From an uncultured Hoeflea sp. (GTDB lineage Bacteria; Pseudomonadota; Alphaproteobacteria; Rhizobiales; Rhizobiaceae), in NCBI RefSeq assembly GCF_947501405.1, contig NZ_CANMVK010000004.1, positions 112,843 to 176,842 of the forward strand: 64,000 nt of DNA, written 5' to 3'. Below the pieces are notes generated by a model that was given only the letters and a program-made list of their open reading frames with translations, ran no database searches and was not told where the DNA came from. This document shows, one piece after another, positions 21,199-31,627 of the stretch; positions within the stretch are counted from its first letter, which is position 1, and each line of letters opens with the position of its first letter. The position numbers were made by a program, and so were the translations under genes.

Positions 21199-22395
21199 AT
21201 GACCCAGTTTAAAACCCTTGACGACCTCACCGACATTGCCGGCAAGCGCGTGCTGTTGCGCGTCGATCTCAACGTCCCGGTCTCAGATGGCGCGGTAACC
21301 GACACCACCCGGGTCGAACGGGTTGCGCCGACCATCATGGAACTGTCGCGCAAGGGCGCACGGGTGGTCCTGCTTGCTCATTTCGGCCGGCCCAAGGGCG
21401 CGGCCGTTGCGTCGATGTCACTGGGGCCGATTGCCGGCGTGGTCGAGGATGTTCTCGATCACCGAGTCCACTTCGCAGCCGACTGCGTCGGCGAGGTCGC
21501 GCGCGACGCCATCAATGCGATGGTCGACGGCGACATCCTGCTTCTGGAAAACACCCGCTTTCATCCCGGTGAAGAGAGGAACGACCCGGATTTCGCCACG
21601 GCACTTGCCAAAAACGGCGATGTTTTTGTCAATGACGCTTTCTCCGCCGCCCACCGTGCGCATGCCTCTACCGAGGGGCTGGCCCGTCACCTGCCCGCCT
21701 ATGCCGGACGCACAATGCAGGCTGAATTGCAGGCGCTGGAAAAGGGGCTCGGCAATCCCGCCCGGCCGGTGGCGGCGATCGTCGGCGGCGCCAAGGTTTC
21801 GACCAAGATCGAGTTGCTTAGAAACCTGGTCGAGCAGGTCGATGCGCTGGTGATCGGCGGCGGCATGGCCAACACCTTCCTCGCCGCCCGTGGCGTCAAT
21901 GTCGGTAAATCTTTGTGCGAACATGATCTCGTCGCCACCGCCCGCGACATCGAAACTCTTGCGGCGAAATCAGATTGCGCGCTGGTGCTGCCGATCGACG
22001 CAGTGGTGGCGCGGGAGTTCAAGGCCGGCGCGGACAACGAAACCGTCCATGTCGAGGACATTCCCACTGATGCCATGATGCTTGATGTCGGGCCGAAATC
22101 CGTCGAAGCGATCAACGCCTGGATCACCAAGGCCGACACGCTGGTCTGGAACGGGCCGCTGGGCGCCTTTGAAATCGCGCCGTTCGACGTCGCCACGGTG
22201 TCGGCTGCGCGCCATGCCGCCCGCCGCACCCGCGAAGGACTTCTGGTGTCGGTGGCCGGCGGCGGTGATACCGTGGCCGCGCTCAACCATGCCGGGGTGT
22301 CGGACAGCTTCACCTATGTCTCCACCGCCGGCGGCGCATTTCTGGAATGGATGGAGGGCAAACCCCTGCCCGGCGTCGACGTCTTGAAGCGCTAA
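21199..22395 (+). CDS. pgk: Phosphoglycerate kinase
   Basis: [41 protein letters not shown]. Confidence 0.99.
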   Translation: MTQFKTLDDLTDIAGKRVLLRVDLNVPVSDGAVTDTTRVERVAPTIMELSRKGARVVLLAHFGRPKGAAVASMSLGPIAGVVEDVLDHRVHFAADCVGEVARDAINAMVDGDILLLENTRFHPGEERNDPDFATALAKNGDVFVNDAFSAAHRAHASTEGLARHLPAYAGRTMQAELQALEKGLGNPARPVAAIVGGAKVSTKIELLRNLVEQVDALVIGGGMANTFLAARGVNVGKSLCEHDLVATARDIETLAAKSDCALVLPIDAVVAREFKAGADNETVHVEDIPTDAMMLDVGPKSVEAINAWITKADTLVWNGPLGAFEIAPFDVATVSAARHAARRTREGLLVSVAGGGDTVAALNHAGVSDSFTYVSTAGGAFLEWMEGKPLPGVDVLKR

Positions 22396-22470
22396 CTCAC
22401 CGGACCAGATACCGAGGCACCCATCACAACGCGGGTGCGCCCGTTAAGCATGTCGAAATGACACCGGCAC

Positions 22471-22505
22471 TTTCAATCGATTGAAATTGTTTCAATCGAT
22501 TCAAG
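22471..22505. promoter_or_regulatory. Tandem palindromic operators (LacI-family, PckR-like) upstream of the aldolase gene
   Basis: Perfect 16-bp palindrome TTTCAATCGATTGAAA (22471-22486) and a 2-mismatch copy TTTCAATCGATTCAAG (22490-22505). Confidence 0.75.
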
Positions 22506-22584
22506 CCGCTGTCTGGCTATTTTCTCCCTGTCCGCGCATCTGATAGATGAGCCCCAACATGCAAGATGAACGGGGACTATCACG

Positions 22585-23475
22585 ATGAATGAAACGATGG
22601 CGCGCCAGATGGCGGAAAAAGACGGCTTTATCGCAGCACTTGACCAGTCGGGCGGCTCCACGCCCAAGGCGCTCAAGCTCTATGGGGTCGCCGAAGACGC
22701 CTATGTCAACGACGAAGAGATGTTCGCTCTCATCCACGCCATGCGCGCCCGCATCATCAAGTCACCCGCCTTCACCGGCGACAAGGTGATTGGCGCGATC
22801 CTGTTCGAGCGCACCATGGATGGCGAGATCGATGGCGTTCCCACTGCCGAATATCTGTGGAACAAACGCGGCATCGTGCCGTTTCTCAAGGTCGACAAGG
22901 GCCTGATGGACGAAGCTGACGGCGTGCAACTGATGAAGCAGATGGATGATCTCGATCAGCTACTTGAGCGCGCGGTCGCCAAAAGCGTCTTCGGCACCAA
23001 GATGCGCTCGGTCATCAACGCCGCCAATGCCGGTGGCATCGAGGCCGTCGTCGCCCAACAGTTCAAGGTCGGCAAACAGATCCTCGGCCACGGGCTGATG
23101 CCAATCATCGAACCCGAGGTCAACATCAAGATTTCCGACAAGGCCGACGCTGAGGCGCTGCTTCTGACTGCAATCCACCGGCATCTCGACACCCTGGAAG
23201 CCGGTCAGCAGGTGATGCTGAAACTGTCGCTGCCCACAAGCACCAATCTTTACAAGCCGCTGGTCGATGATCCTCGGATCATGCGCGTGGTCGCGCTTTC
23301 GGGCGGCTATCCCCGAGATGAGGCCAACCGCCTGCTTGGCGCCAACACCGGTGTAATCGCCTCGTTCTCGCGAGCGCTGACCGAGGGCTTGTCGCAAGGC
23401 CAGCCCGACGCCGATTTCGACGCAGCGCTCGCAGCGACAATCGACGCCATCTTCGAGGCTTCGAAGGCGGGCTGA
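22585..23475 (+). CDS. fda: Fructose-bisphosphate aldolase, class I (short bacterial Fda type)
   Basis: GFIAALDQSGGSTPKAL, ILFERTM, PFLKVDKGL, FGTKMRS, PIIEPEV, VALSGGY, ASFSRAL. Confidence 0.95.
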   Translation: MNETMARQMAEKDGFIAALDQSGGSTPKALKLYGVAEDAYVNDEEMFALIHAMRARIIKSPAFTGDKVIGAILFERTMDGEIDGVPTAEYLWNKRGIVPFLKVDKGLMDEADGVQLMKQMDDLDQLLERAVAKSVFGTKMRSVINAANAGGIEAVVAQQFKVGKQILGHGLMPIIEPEVNIKISDKADAEALLLTAIHRHLDTLEAGQQVMLKLSLPTSTNLYKPLVDDPRIMRVVALSGGYPRDEANRLLGANTGVIASFSRALTEGLSQGQPDADFDAALAATIDAIFEASKAG

Positions 23476-23496
23476 AGCTCCGCTTTGGCTCCAATC

Positions 23497-23531
23497 AATC
23501 CGCCCGGATGCACCGCGTCCGGGCGGATTTC
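23497..23531 (+). terminator. Hairpin/terminator after the aldolase gene
   Basis: AATCCGCCCGGA/TCCGGGCGGATT 12-bp inverted repeat with a short T tail. Confidence 0.55.
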
Positions 23532-23599
23532 CGTCCGCGCCGGTTTGTCGCGCTCGCAAAACAGTTCAACCCAGAACAAAAATCCGCTAAAGCCGTGTC

Positions 23600-24340
23600 A
23601 TGAACACCGTCGCCGCAGGATTACTCAGTTGGTTGCTCATGCCCGTTGCTGTCATCAAGGGGCTGGGCGTGCGCAAGACCGCACCGCGTCTGCCGCCCCC
23701 CAGCGGCCGCCCCAAGGGCTGTGTTGGCGAGGGCCGGGCCGACACCCGCATCCTGGTGATCGGCGATTCTTCGGCAGCCGGCGTCGGCGCCGCACGTATC
23801 GAAGACACCTTGGGTCCGCAATTGGCCGCGCATCTGCATGATGCCACCGGTCAGCCGGTGATGTGGCGCAACGCCGGCGCCAACTCGGCCATCGCAGCCC
23901 AGGTTCGCGACTTCGTGGTTCCCAATATCGAGGAGCGCGATTTCACCCATGTGGTGATCACCGTGGGCACCAACGACGCTAAAAACTATGTCAGCCGGTC
24001 ACGGTTCAAGAAGGGCTTCGGCGGATTGCTCTACGCCGTTCACGCACGCTGGCCCGACGCCCGGGTGTTCTGGTCCCCGGTCATAGACATGAAGGACGTG
24101 CCGGCGCTGCCGCCGCTGTTGGCTTTCATTCTGGGTCTGCGCACCCGCATCATCAACGATATGGGCGCCCAGCTTTGCCGCGAACGCTACGCAACCGCGC
24201 TGGAACCCCTGCCGGTGGATGACCGCGAAGGATTTGCGGTCGACGGTTTCCACGCCAATCATCTCGGCTACCGGCACTGGGCGGCGCATATAGCACGCGT
24301 CATGCTGGACGAAGCGCCAGAGTTGCCATCATCGAAATAA
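23600..24340 (+). CDS. SGNH/GDSL hydrolase
   Basis: LVIGDSSAAGVG, GTNDA and DGFH catalytic blocks. Confidence 0.92.
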   Translation: MNTVAAGLLSWLLMPVAVIKGLGVRKTAPRLPPPSGRPKGCVGEGRADTRILVIGDSSAAGVGAARIEDTLGPQLAAHLHDATGQPVMWRNAGANSAIAAQVRDFVVPNIEERDFTHVVITVGTNDAKNYVSRSRFKKGFGGLLYAVHARWPDARVFWSPVIDMKDVPALPPLLAFILGLRTRIINDMGAQLCRERYATALEPLPVDDREGFAVDGFHANHLGYRHWAAHIARVMLDEAPELPSSK

Positions 24341-24461
24341 CCAGAATAAGCGCGATCTTCCAGACATCGCCGCGGCGTTTGAGACCGGGCAGCCCAAACG
24401 GCTTGATCAGATGCAAAGCCATGGCCGCCAGAACCAGTATCAGAAGAATTTTCGTCGCCAT
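24300..24461 (-). CDS. Small two-helix membrane protein (53 aa), absent from the ORF track
   Basis: Translated by hand: MATKILLILVLAAMALHLIKPFGLPGLKRRGDVWKIALILVISMMATLALRPA; two hydrophobic segments around a basic loop. Confidence 0.72.
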   Translation of the reverse strand: MATKILLILVLAAMALHLIKPFGLPGLKRRGDVWKIALILVISMMATLALRPA

Positions 24462-24590
24462 CGATCATGCCTATTTTGCCAACAAGCCATACACTTGTCA
24501 TGATCCGGGTCAATGACCGCGTAGCCATTGATTTGCCTGCCACCAGCAAATCTCCGGCTCTGGCCCCAGCTCTGCTCCCAAGGAGCTCCA

Positions 24591-25832
24591 ATGCACCGCA
24601 ATCTGCTTCCTGTCCTGTCGCTGCTCCTGGGTACGGCCTTTCTTCTCGCCGGAAATGGCCTGCACGGCTTGCTGCTTCCCATGCGCGGCACCGTCGAAGG
24701 GTTTTCGCCCACCTCGCTCGGTCTTCTGGGTACCGCGTGGGCCACGGGCTTCGTGCTCGGCTGCATCTATTCGCAGCGGCTGGTGCGACGCATTGGCCAC
24801 GTCCGCGCCTTCTCGGCGTTCTCGGCCATTGTCGCAATCATCGCGCTGCTGACCGGGCTGCTGGTGGATCCGGTCAGCTGGATCCTGTTGCGCGTGGTGA
24901 CCGGCTTCGCAATTGCAGCGGCCTTGATGATCATCGAGAGCTGGCTCAATGAACGCGCCAGCAACGAGACTCGCGGTCTTGTCTTTTCCCTCTACATGAC
25001 CGTGACCTACGTTGCCATTGTCGCCGGTCAGATGAGCCTTGCCTTCGGCGACGTCACCCAAACCACCTTCTTCATCATTGCCGGTATTCTCTATTGCCTG
25101 GCGCTTCTGCCGACGGCTGTTTCGACCGCATCGAGCCCCGCGCCGCTCAGCGAAGTCAGGCTCGATCTCAAGATGATCTACCGTAATTCCCCGGTGTCCT
25201 TCGTCGCCATGCTGCTGATCGGCATCGCCAACGGCGCCTTCGGAACCCTGGGGCCCGTGTTCGGTGCAAATGTCGGCCTTTCGGCAGTGACGATTGCCAC
25301 CATGATGTCGATCACCATCTTCTCGGGCGCCCTGATGCAGATCCCCGCCGGGCGGATGTCCGACCGCATCGACCGGCGTTATGTGCTGGCCGGCCTTGCG
25401 GCCATCGCCGCAGCGTCGGGAATTGCCATCGTCATACTCAAACCAACAGGGCTGACGCTGCTGTTTGGTCTGATCTCGCTGTATGGCGCGATGTCCTACA
25501 CGCTCTATTCAATCATCGTTGCCCATGCCAACGACTATGCGGCAAGCGATAAGTTCGTCGTCGTATCCAGCGGGCTTTTGTTGCTCTACGGCATTGGCAC
25601 CATCATCGGACCGCTGATTGGCGGCCTGACCATGGCCGTCAGCCCTCATCTGCTGTTTGCCGTCACCGCAGCCGCCCATCTGGCCGTCGCGGTCTATGCG
25701 ATCGTCCGCAGCCGCATTCGCGCATCGGTGCCCGGCGCGGAAAAGGAAAATTTCGCCTCGCCCCCCTCGGCGCGCGCCGCAACACCCGAATCGATCAATC
25801 TCGATCCACGGGCAAACGCCGGCGAGGATTGA
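24591..25832 (+). CDS. MFS transporter (YcaD-like)
   Basis: About 12 TM segments; RRIGHVRAF, IIESWLNE, GRMSDRIDRR motifs; AAGGAG RBS before 24591. Confidence 0.93.
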   Translation: MHRNLLPVLSLLLGTAFLLAGNGLHGLLLPMRGTVEGFSPTSLGLLGTAWATGFVLGCIYSQRLVRRIGHVRAFSAFSAIVAIIALLTGLLVDPVSWILLRVVTGFAIAAALMIIESWLNERASNETRGLVFSLYMTVTYVAIVAGQMSLAFGDVTQTTFFIIAGILYCLALLPTAVSTASSPAPLSEVRLDLKMIYRNSPVSFVAMLLIGIANGAFGTLGPVFGANVGLSAVTIATMMSITIFSGALMQIPAGRMSDRIDRRYVLAGLAAIAAASGIAIVILKPTGLTLLFGLISLYGAMSYTLYSIIVAHANDYAASDKFVVVSSGLLLLYGIGTIIGPLIGGLTMAVSPHLLFAVTAAAHLAVAVYAIVRSRIRASVPGAEKENFASPPSARAATPESINLDPRANAGED

Positions 25833-25859
25833 CGGCCCGGCAATCAGCCCTTCCGGCAA

Positions 25860-26840
25860 TCAGCCGATATCGAGCACGATCTTGCCGATATGTTCGCCGT
25901 CTTCCATGCGTTGATGCGCAGCGGAGGCCTGTTCAAGCGGAAAGATCGAATCCATCACCGGCAGCACCTTGCGTTCACTGAGTAGCGGCCAGACATGCTG
26001 GCGCAGCTCATCGGTAATTACCGCCTTGAAGCCGATATCCCGGGCTCTCAACGTCGAGCCGGTATGAGTAAGCCGTTTCATCATCAAAAGCGAGAAATCG
26101 GCTTCCGCCTTGCGGCCGTTGAGGAACGCGATCTGCACAATCCGGCCCTCTACCGCTGCTGCCTGATAGTTGCGGTTGATGTAGTCGCCGCCGACCATGT
26201 CGAGGATGAGGTCCACGCCCGTGCCACCGGTGGCGGTCTTCACTGCCTCGACGAAATCGGTCTCGCGGTAGTTGATCGCCAGATCCGCGCCGAGTTCCCG
26301 CATGGCCTCGCATTTGGCCTCGGAACCCGCAGTGGCGAACACCTCCGCGCCAAAAGCCTTGGCGAGCTGAATCGCGGTGGTACCGATGCCCGAACTGCCG
26401 CCATGCACCAGGAACCGCTCTCCGGCCTTTAGCCCTCCACGCTGAAACACATTGTGCCAGACCGTGAAAAAGGTCTCAGGAATGGCCGCCGCCTCGCTCA
26501 ACGTCAAACCATTGGGCGCCGGCAGCGCATTGGTCTCGTCCACCGCGCAAAATTCGGCATATCCACCACCTGGAACCAGCGCGCAGACCCTGTCGCCCGG
26601 CTTGAACCGGGTGGCTTTTCCGCCGGTCGCCACCACTTCGCCGGCAATCTCCAGGCCCGGAATGTCTGTCGCACCCGGTGGTGGCGGATAGGCGCCCTGG
26701 CGCTGCAGGCAATCGGGGCGATTGACGCCGGCCGCCGCCAGCTTGACCAGCAGCTCGGTCTCGCCGGGGGCCGGTTTGGTACGGGTGGTCATCTTGAGGA
26801 CCTCGGGGCCGCCGGGTTCGCTGATTTCAATCGCACGCAT
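25860..26840 (-). CDS. NAD(P)H-quinone oxidoreductase (PIG3 family, MDR superfamily)
   Basis: AAGVNRPD..QRQGAYPPP, PETFFTVWHN, HGGSSGIGT, HIGKIVL. Confidence 0.94.
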   Translation of the reverse strand: MRAIEISEPGGPEVLKMTTRTKPAPGETELLVKLAAAGVNRPDCLQRQGAYPPPPGATDIPGLEIAGEVVATGGKATRFKPGDRVCALVPGGGYAEFCAVDETNALPAPNGLTLSEAAAIPETFFTVWHNVFQRGGLKAGERFLVHGGSSGIGTTAIQLAKAFGAEVFATAGSEAKCEAMRELGADLAINYRETDFVEAVKTATGGTGVDLILDMVGGDYINRNYQAAAVEGRIVQIAFLNGRKAEADFSLLMMKRLTHTGSTLRARDIGFKAVITDELRQHVWPLLSERKVLPVMDSIFPLEQASAAHQRMEDGEHIGKIVLDIG

Positions 26841-26956
26841 CACATCACTCTCCTTGCCACCGCTTTGCCGAACCATAGGCTTGGGCTAAACTGGCGGCAA
26901 GGCAGCCGGCGCCCGGCTGCCCGGCCTTTGCAACGCCAGCATGAAAGATCACCACG

Positions 26957-27145
26957 ATGTTTGCCGATGATGACCGCCCCAAAGTCAAGAAAGCCCATGA
27001 GATCGGCTGCGACCTGACCTTCCTGTCCGCCAATGAACTGGATGAGCGAATCACTCTCCTGAAGCAAGAAATCGTAAGGCTGGAAGCCGACAAGGCGGGC
27101 AAAACCTCCAGTCGCAGCGCTGCGGAGAGCTTTTTCAAGTCATAA
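26957..27145 (+). CDS. DUF1192 small protein
   Basis: HEIGCDLTFLSANELDERITLLKQEIVRLE...SAAESFFK. Confidence 0.88.
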   Translation: MFADDDRPKVKKAHEIGCDLTFLSANELDERITLLKQEIVRLEADKAGKTSSRSAAESFFKS

Positions 27146-27187
27146 TAATCAAGCTTTCACAGCGACTTGGCAGATAGTTTCGCACTG

Positions 27188-27224
27188 TTAAGCCCCGGTT
27201 AAGCTTTACAAGTCTTTACTATAC
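27188..27224 (+). promoter_or_regulatory. CtrA-dependent promoter
   Basis: Perfect TTAA-GCCCCGG-TTAA (27188-27202) in the -35 position relative to TACTAT/CTATAC (27217-27224). Confidence 0.75.
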
Positions 27225-27226
27225 CC

Positions 27227-27323
27227 ATCCAGGCTTCCTGGATTTGACAGTTTGACCGATGGTCAATCTGTTTGACGCCTCCCTGTTAAACTCTTGAGAG
27301 CCGCGCATGCGGCTCTTTTTTTT
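27227..27323 (+). ncRNA. Candidate trans-acting sRNA (three hairpins, anti-SD motif, own terminator)
   Basis: Hairpin 27227-27243, hairpin 27248-27270, single-stranded GCCTCCC 27277-27283, terminator AGAGCCGC-GCAT-GCGGCTCT plus a T run ending at 27323. Confidence 0.65.
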
Positions 27324-27467
27324 CGCCGAGAGTTTGTGTCGCACTTCCAAACAGGGTGATGCAACCCGGTGAAAAGCGCCGGCCCGGCCGCCCTCAAAAT
27401 GGCGCCGCTTTTGCCGCGATGCCTCGCAATACCCCGCAATTCCGGGGGCTCTGAGCATCAATTCACG

Positions 27468-27483
27468 TTAACCCTTTCTTAAC
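27468..27483 (+). promoter_or_regulatory. Perfect CtrA box upstream of rcdA
   Basis: TTAA-CCCTTTC-TTAAC, about 120 nt before the rcdA ATG. Confidence 0.8.
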
Positions 27484-27603
27484 ATTCGGCTTGCCGCACG
27501 GTCGCGAAGGCGGCAAAGTGTTCTTGCTCGATGGCGCTGGTCAGCGTCAGGCGTGCAGCGGACTTGCAGAACCAGTACTTTCGTAATCAGGAATTCGCGG
27601 CAA

Positions 27604-28122
27604 ATGACTGAAACCAGCCCCAATACCGTCAACCTCGCAGATCGCATGGCCAATTCGGCCCAGTTCAAGACGCTCTACACCGAGGGGATGGCGCTGGTCG
27701 AGGAGACCGCAAACTATCTCGACGGACCCGGCCGCACTGCCTCCAAGGCACTGCCGCGGCTGGCCGCCGTTCTCTATGCAGCCGAATCCATGCGCCTGAC
27801 CACGCGGCTGATGCAGATGGCCTCCTGGCTGCTGCTGCAGCGTGCAGTCAACAATGGCGAGATGAACCGCGATCAGGTGATGGCGGAAAAGAGCAAGGTT
27901 CGCTTGGACAGCTTCAATTGCGACCGGTCAGCCCCCGGCTGGGCGGATCTGCCGGAAGCGTTCCGTGATCTGGTGGAGCGTTCGCTGCGCATTCAGAACC
28001 GGGTGGCAATTCTCGATCGCGAAATCTACCGTCCGGACGAGGCCAAGTCCCTCAAGCCCGACAACGAAAATTCGGTTCAGGCGCAACAGCATCTGCTGCA
28101 AACAGTGTTCACAAAGCGCTGA
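27604..28122 (+). CDS. rcdA: Regulator of CtrA degradation RcdA (DUF1465)
   Basis: LYTEGMALVEETANYLDGPGR, YAAESMRLTTRLMQMASWLLLQRA; convergent with rpmE as in other alphaproteobacteria. Confidence 0.93.
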   Translation: MTETSPNTVNLADRMANSAQFKTLYTEGMALVEETANYLDGPGRTASKALPRLAAVLYAAESMRLTTRLMQMASWLLLQRAVNNGEMNRDQVMAEKSKVRLDSFNCDRSAPGWADLPEAFRDLVERSLRIQNRVAILDREIYRPDEAKSLKPDNENSVQAQQHLLQTVFTKR

Positions 28123-28155
28123 CGCAAGTCCCCCGGAACGGCTGAAACAACAATC

Positions 28156-28188
28156 GGCTCGCGACCCTCGTTCGCGGGCCTTTTTTTT
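28156..28188 (+). terminator. Intrinsic terminator of rcdA
   Basis: GGCTCGCGA/TCGCGGGCC stem followed by 8 T. Confidence 0.8.
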
Positions 28189-28261
28189 GCGTTTCGCGGT
28201 ACGGGCGCCGCCGGGTCGGCAGGCTTCAGGGCCACACGACGACACGAAAAAATCAGGCAAC

Positions 28262-28298
28262 AAAAAAGCCCGCAGGCACAAGCCGGCGGGCTTTTTTT
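28262..28298. terminator. Bidirectional terminator (rpmE side)
   Basis: A6-GCCCGC...GCGGGC-T7. Confidence 0.8.
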
Positions 28299-28320
28299 GG
28301 ATCCGGATGAACCGGAAAAC

Positions 28321-28542
28321 TTACATGCTGAGACCTTCGAAGCGCTTCTTGAACTTCGACAGGCGGCCGCCGCGGTCCATAAGCTGCTGATTGCCGCCGG
28401 TCCAGGCCGGATGCGACTTCGGGTCGATCTCAAGGTTCATGGTGTCGCCTTCCGAACCCCAGGTCGACTGGGTCATGTATTCGGTGCCGTCGGTCATCAC
28501 CACTTTGATCATGTGGTAGTCGGGATGGATGTCAGCCTTCAT
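28321..28542 (-). CDS. rpmE: 50S ribosomal protein L31 (Zn-independent type)
   Basis: [10 protein letters not shown]...[14 protein letters not shown]...[10 protein letters not shown]; the ORF-track 152-aa call is an over-extension. Confidence 0.97.
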   Translation of the reverse strand: MKADIHPDYHMIKVVMTDGTEYMTQSTWGSEGDTMNLEIDPKSHPAWTGGNQQLMDRGGRLSKFKKRFEGLSM

Positions 28543-28745
28543 CTTATTCGTCCTGCCGTTCAGAGGCCCAGCGCAGCGATGCTTGCGGCATTTTGGCCAA
28601 ACACATAAATGAAGCCGGTGTCCTTTCGGGCAACGGCTTTCCAATTCGATGGCGAGCCTATACAGGAAGGCACAGTCGATAACAAGAGCCGCATTTGTTT
28701 TTGCGGCCGCCGGATGCTTCATCCGCGCACCGCCCAGGAGTACAC

Positions 28746-30581
<1,836 letters not shown>

Positions 30582-30709
30582 ATTTCCATGTAACTATCTT
30601 GTGCATTGCGCCGGTTTGCGGTAAAGATTTGCCGTTCGTCTGGAAGCCACGCGGGGGACGGGACCTGGTTCGCGGGCTATAACGGGAACACTTGGAAGGT
30701 ATATCCACA

Positions 30710-31627
30710 ATGCGGAATAACGCGGAGTGGCGGACCCTGCTTTTGGCAGGCGCCTGCTATGCTGTGTGGTTTTTGCTGGTGTTTGGATGGGCAGGAATGC
30801 CGGACCCTTTGCGCGTACTGGTTCTTATTCCCATCATCACCTTGCATTCCTCGCTACAACACGAGTTCTTACACGGACACCCTTTTCGAAACCAAACCAT
30901 CAACGATCTTCTGATCGCCCCGCCAATTGGAGTGCTGGTGCCATATCTGCGCTTCAAATCCTGCCATCTGATCCATCATATCAACGAAAACATCACCGAT
31001 CCTTATGACGACCCGGAGAGCTATTACCTCGACCGCGACGTCTGGGAGTCCGTGCCAGCCTGGCTGAAGGCGCTTCTGGCCGCCAACAACACCCTTGTCG
31101 GACGCATGACGCTTGGTCCGGCGCTGGCCGCGGTTGGCTTCGTGCGCAGCGAATATCGCCGCGCCCGCGGCCCTGACCCAATCCCGTCCATTGCCCGGGT
31201 CTGGTTGCGCCATGGCCTTGCCGTGACACTGCTGTTCTGGCTTGTCGCACAATATGGCAGCCTGCACCCGGTCGCCTATTTCATCGCTGCCTATTTCGGC
31301 ATGGGCCTGTTGATGGTGCGCTCCTTTATCGAGCACCAGGCCGTGGAAAAAGCCAATCAGCGATCGGTGATCATCGAAACCAGAGGGCCTTTGAGCCTGT
31401 TGTTTCTCAACAACAACTTCCACTCGGTCCATCATGCCTATCCGTCGCTGGCCTGGTACCGGATCCCGGAGTTCTTTCGCGAAAACCGGAACCGTTTCCT
31501 GCGCATGAACGGCGGTTACCGTTATGAAAGCTACTGGGAAGTGTTCCGTCGCCATGGCTTCCGGCCCAAAGAACCGGTTGCCTACCCGATGCGGGCCAAT
31601 CGCAAGCGGCGCGGCGACGTAAGCTAA
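30710..31627 (+). CDS. Membrane fatty-acid-desaturase-family di-iron enzyme
   Basis: His boxes QHEFLHG, HLIHH, FIEH, HSVHH; several TM helices. Confidence 0.9.
   Translation: MRNNAEWRTLLLAGACYAVWFLLVFGWAGMPDPLRVLVLIPIITLHSSLQHEFLHGHPFRNQTINDLLIAPPIGVLVPYLRFKSCHLIHHINENITDPYDDPESYYLDRDVWESVPAWLKALLAANNTLVGRMTLGPALAAVGFVRSEYRRARGPDPIPSIARVWLRHGLAVTLLFWLVAQYGSLHPVAYFIAAYFGMGLLMVRSFIEHQAVEKANQRSVIIETRGPLSLLFLNNNFHSVHHAYPSLAWYRIPEFFRENRNRFLRMNGGYRYESYWEVFRRHGFRPKEPVAYPMRANRKRRGDVS

Noticed and set aside
28321-28542. Cys-free L31 (and L36 at 43372-43497) as a zinc-starvation adaptation
   Set aside because: Zn-independent forms are the usual single copies in alphaproteobacteria
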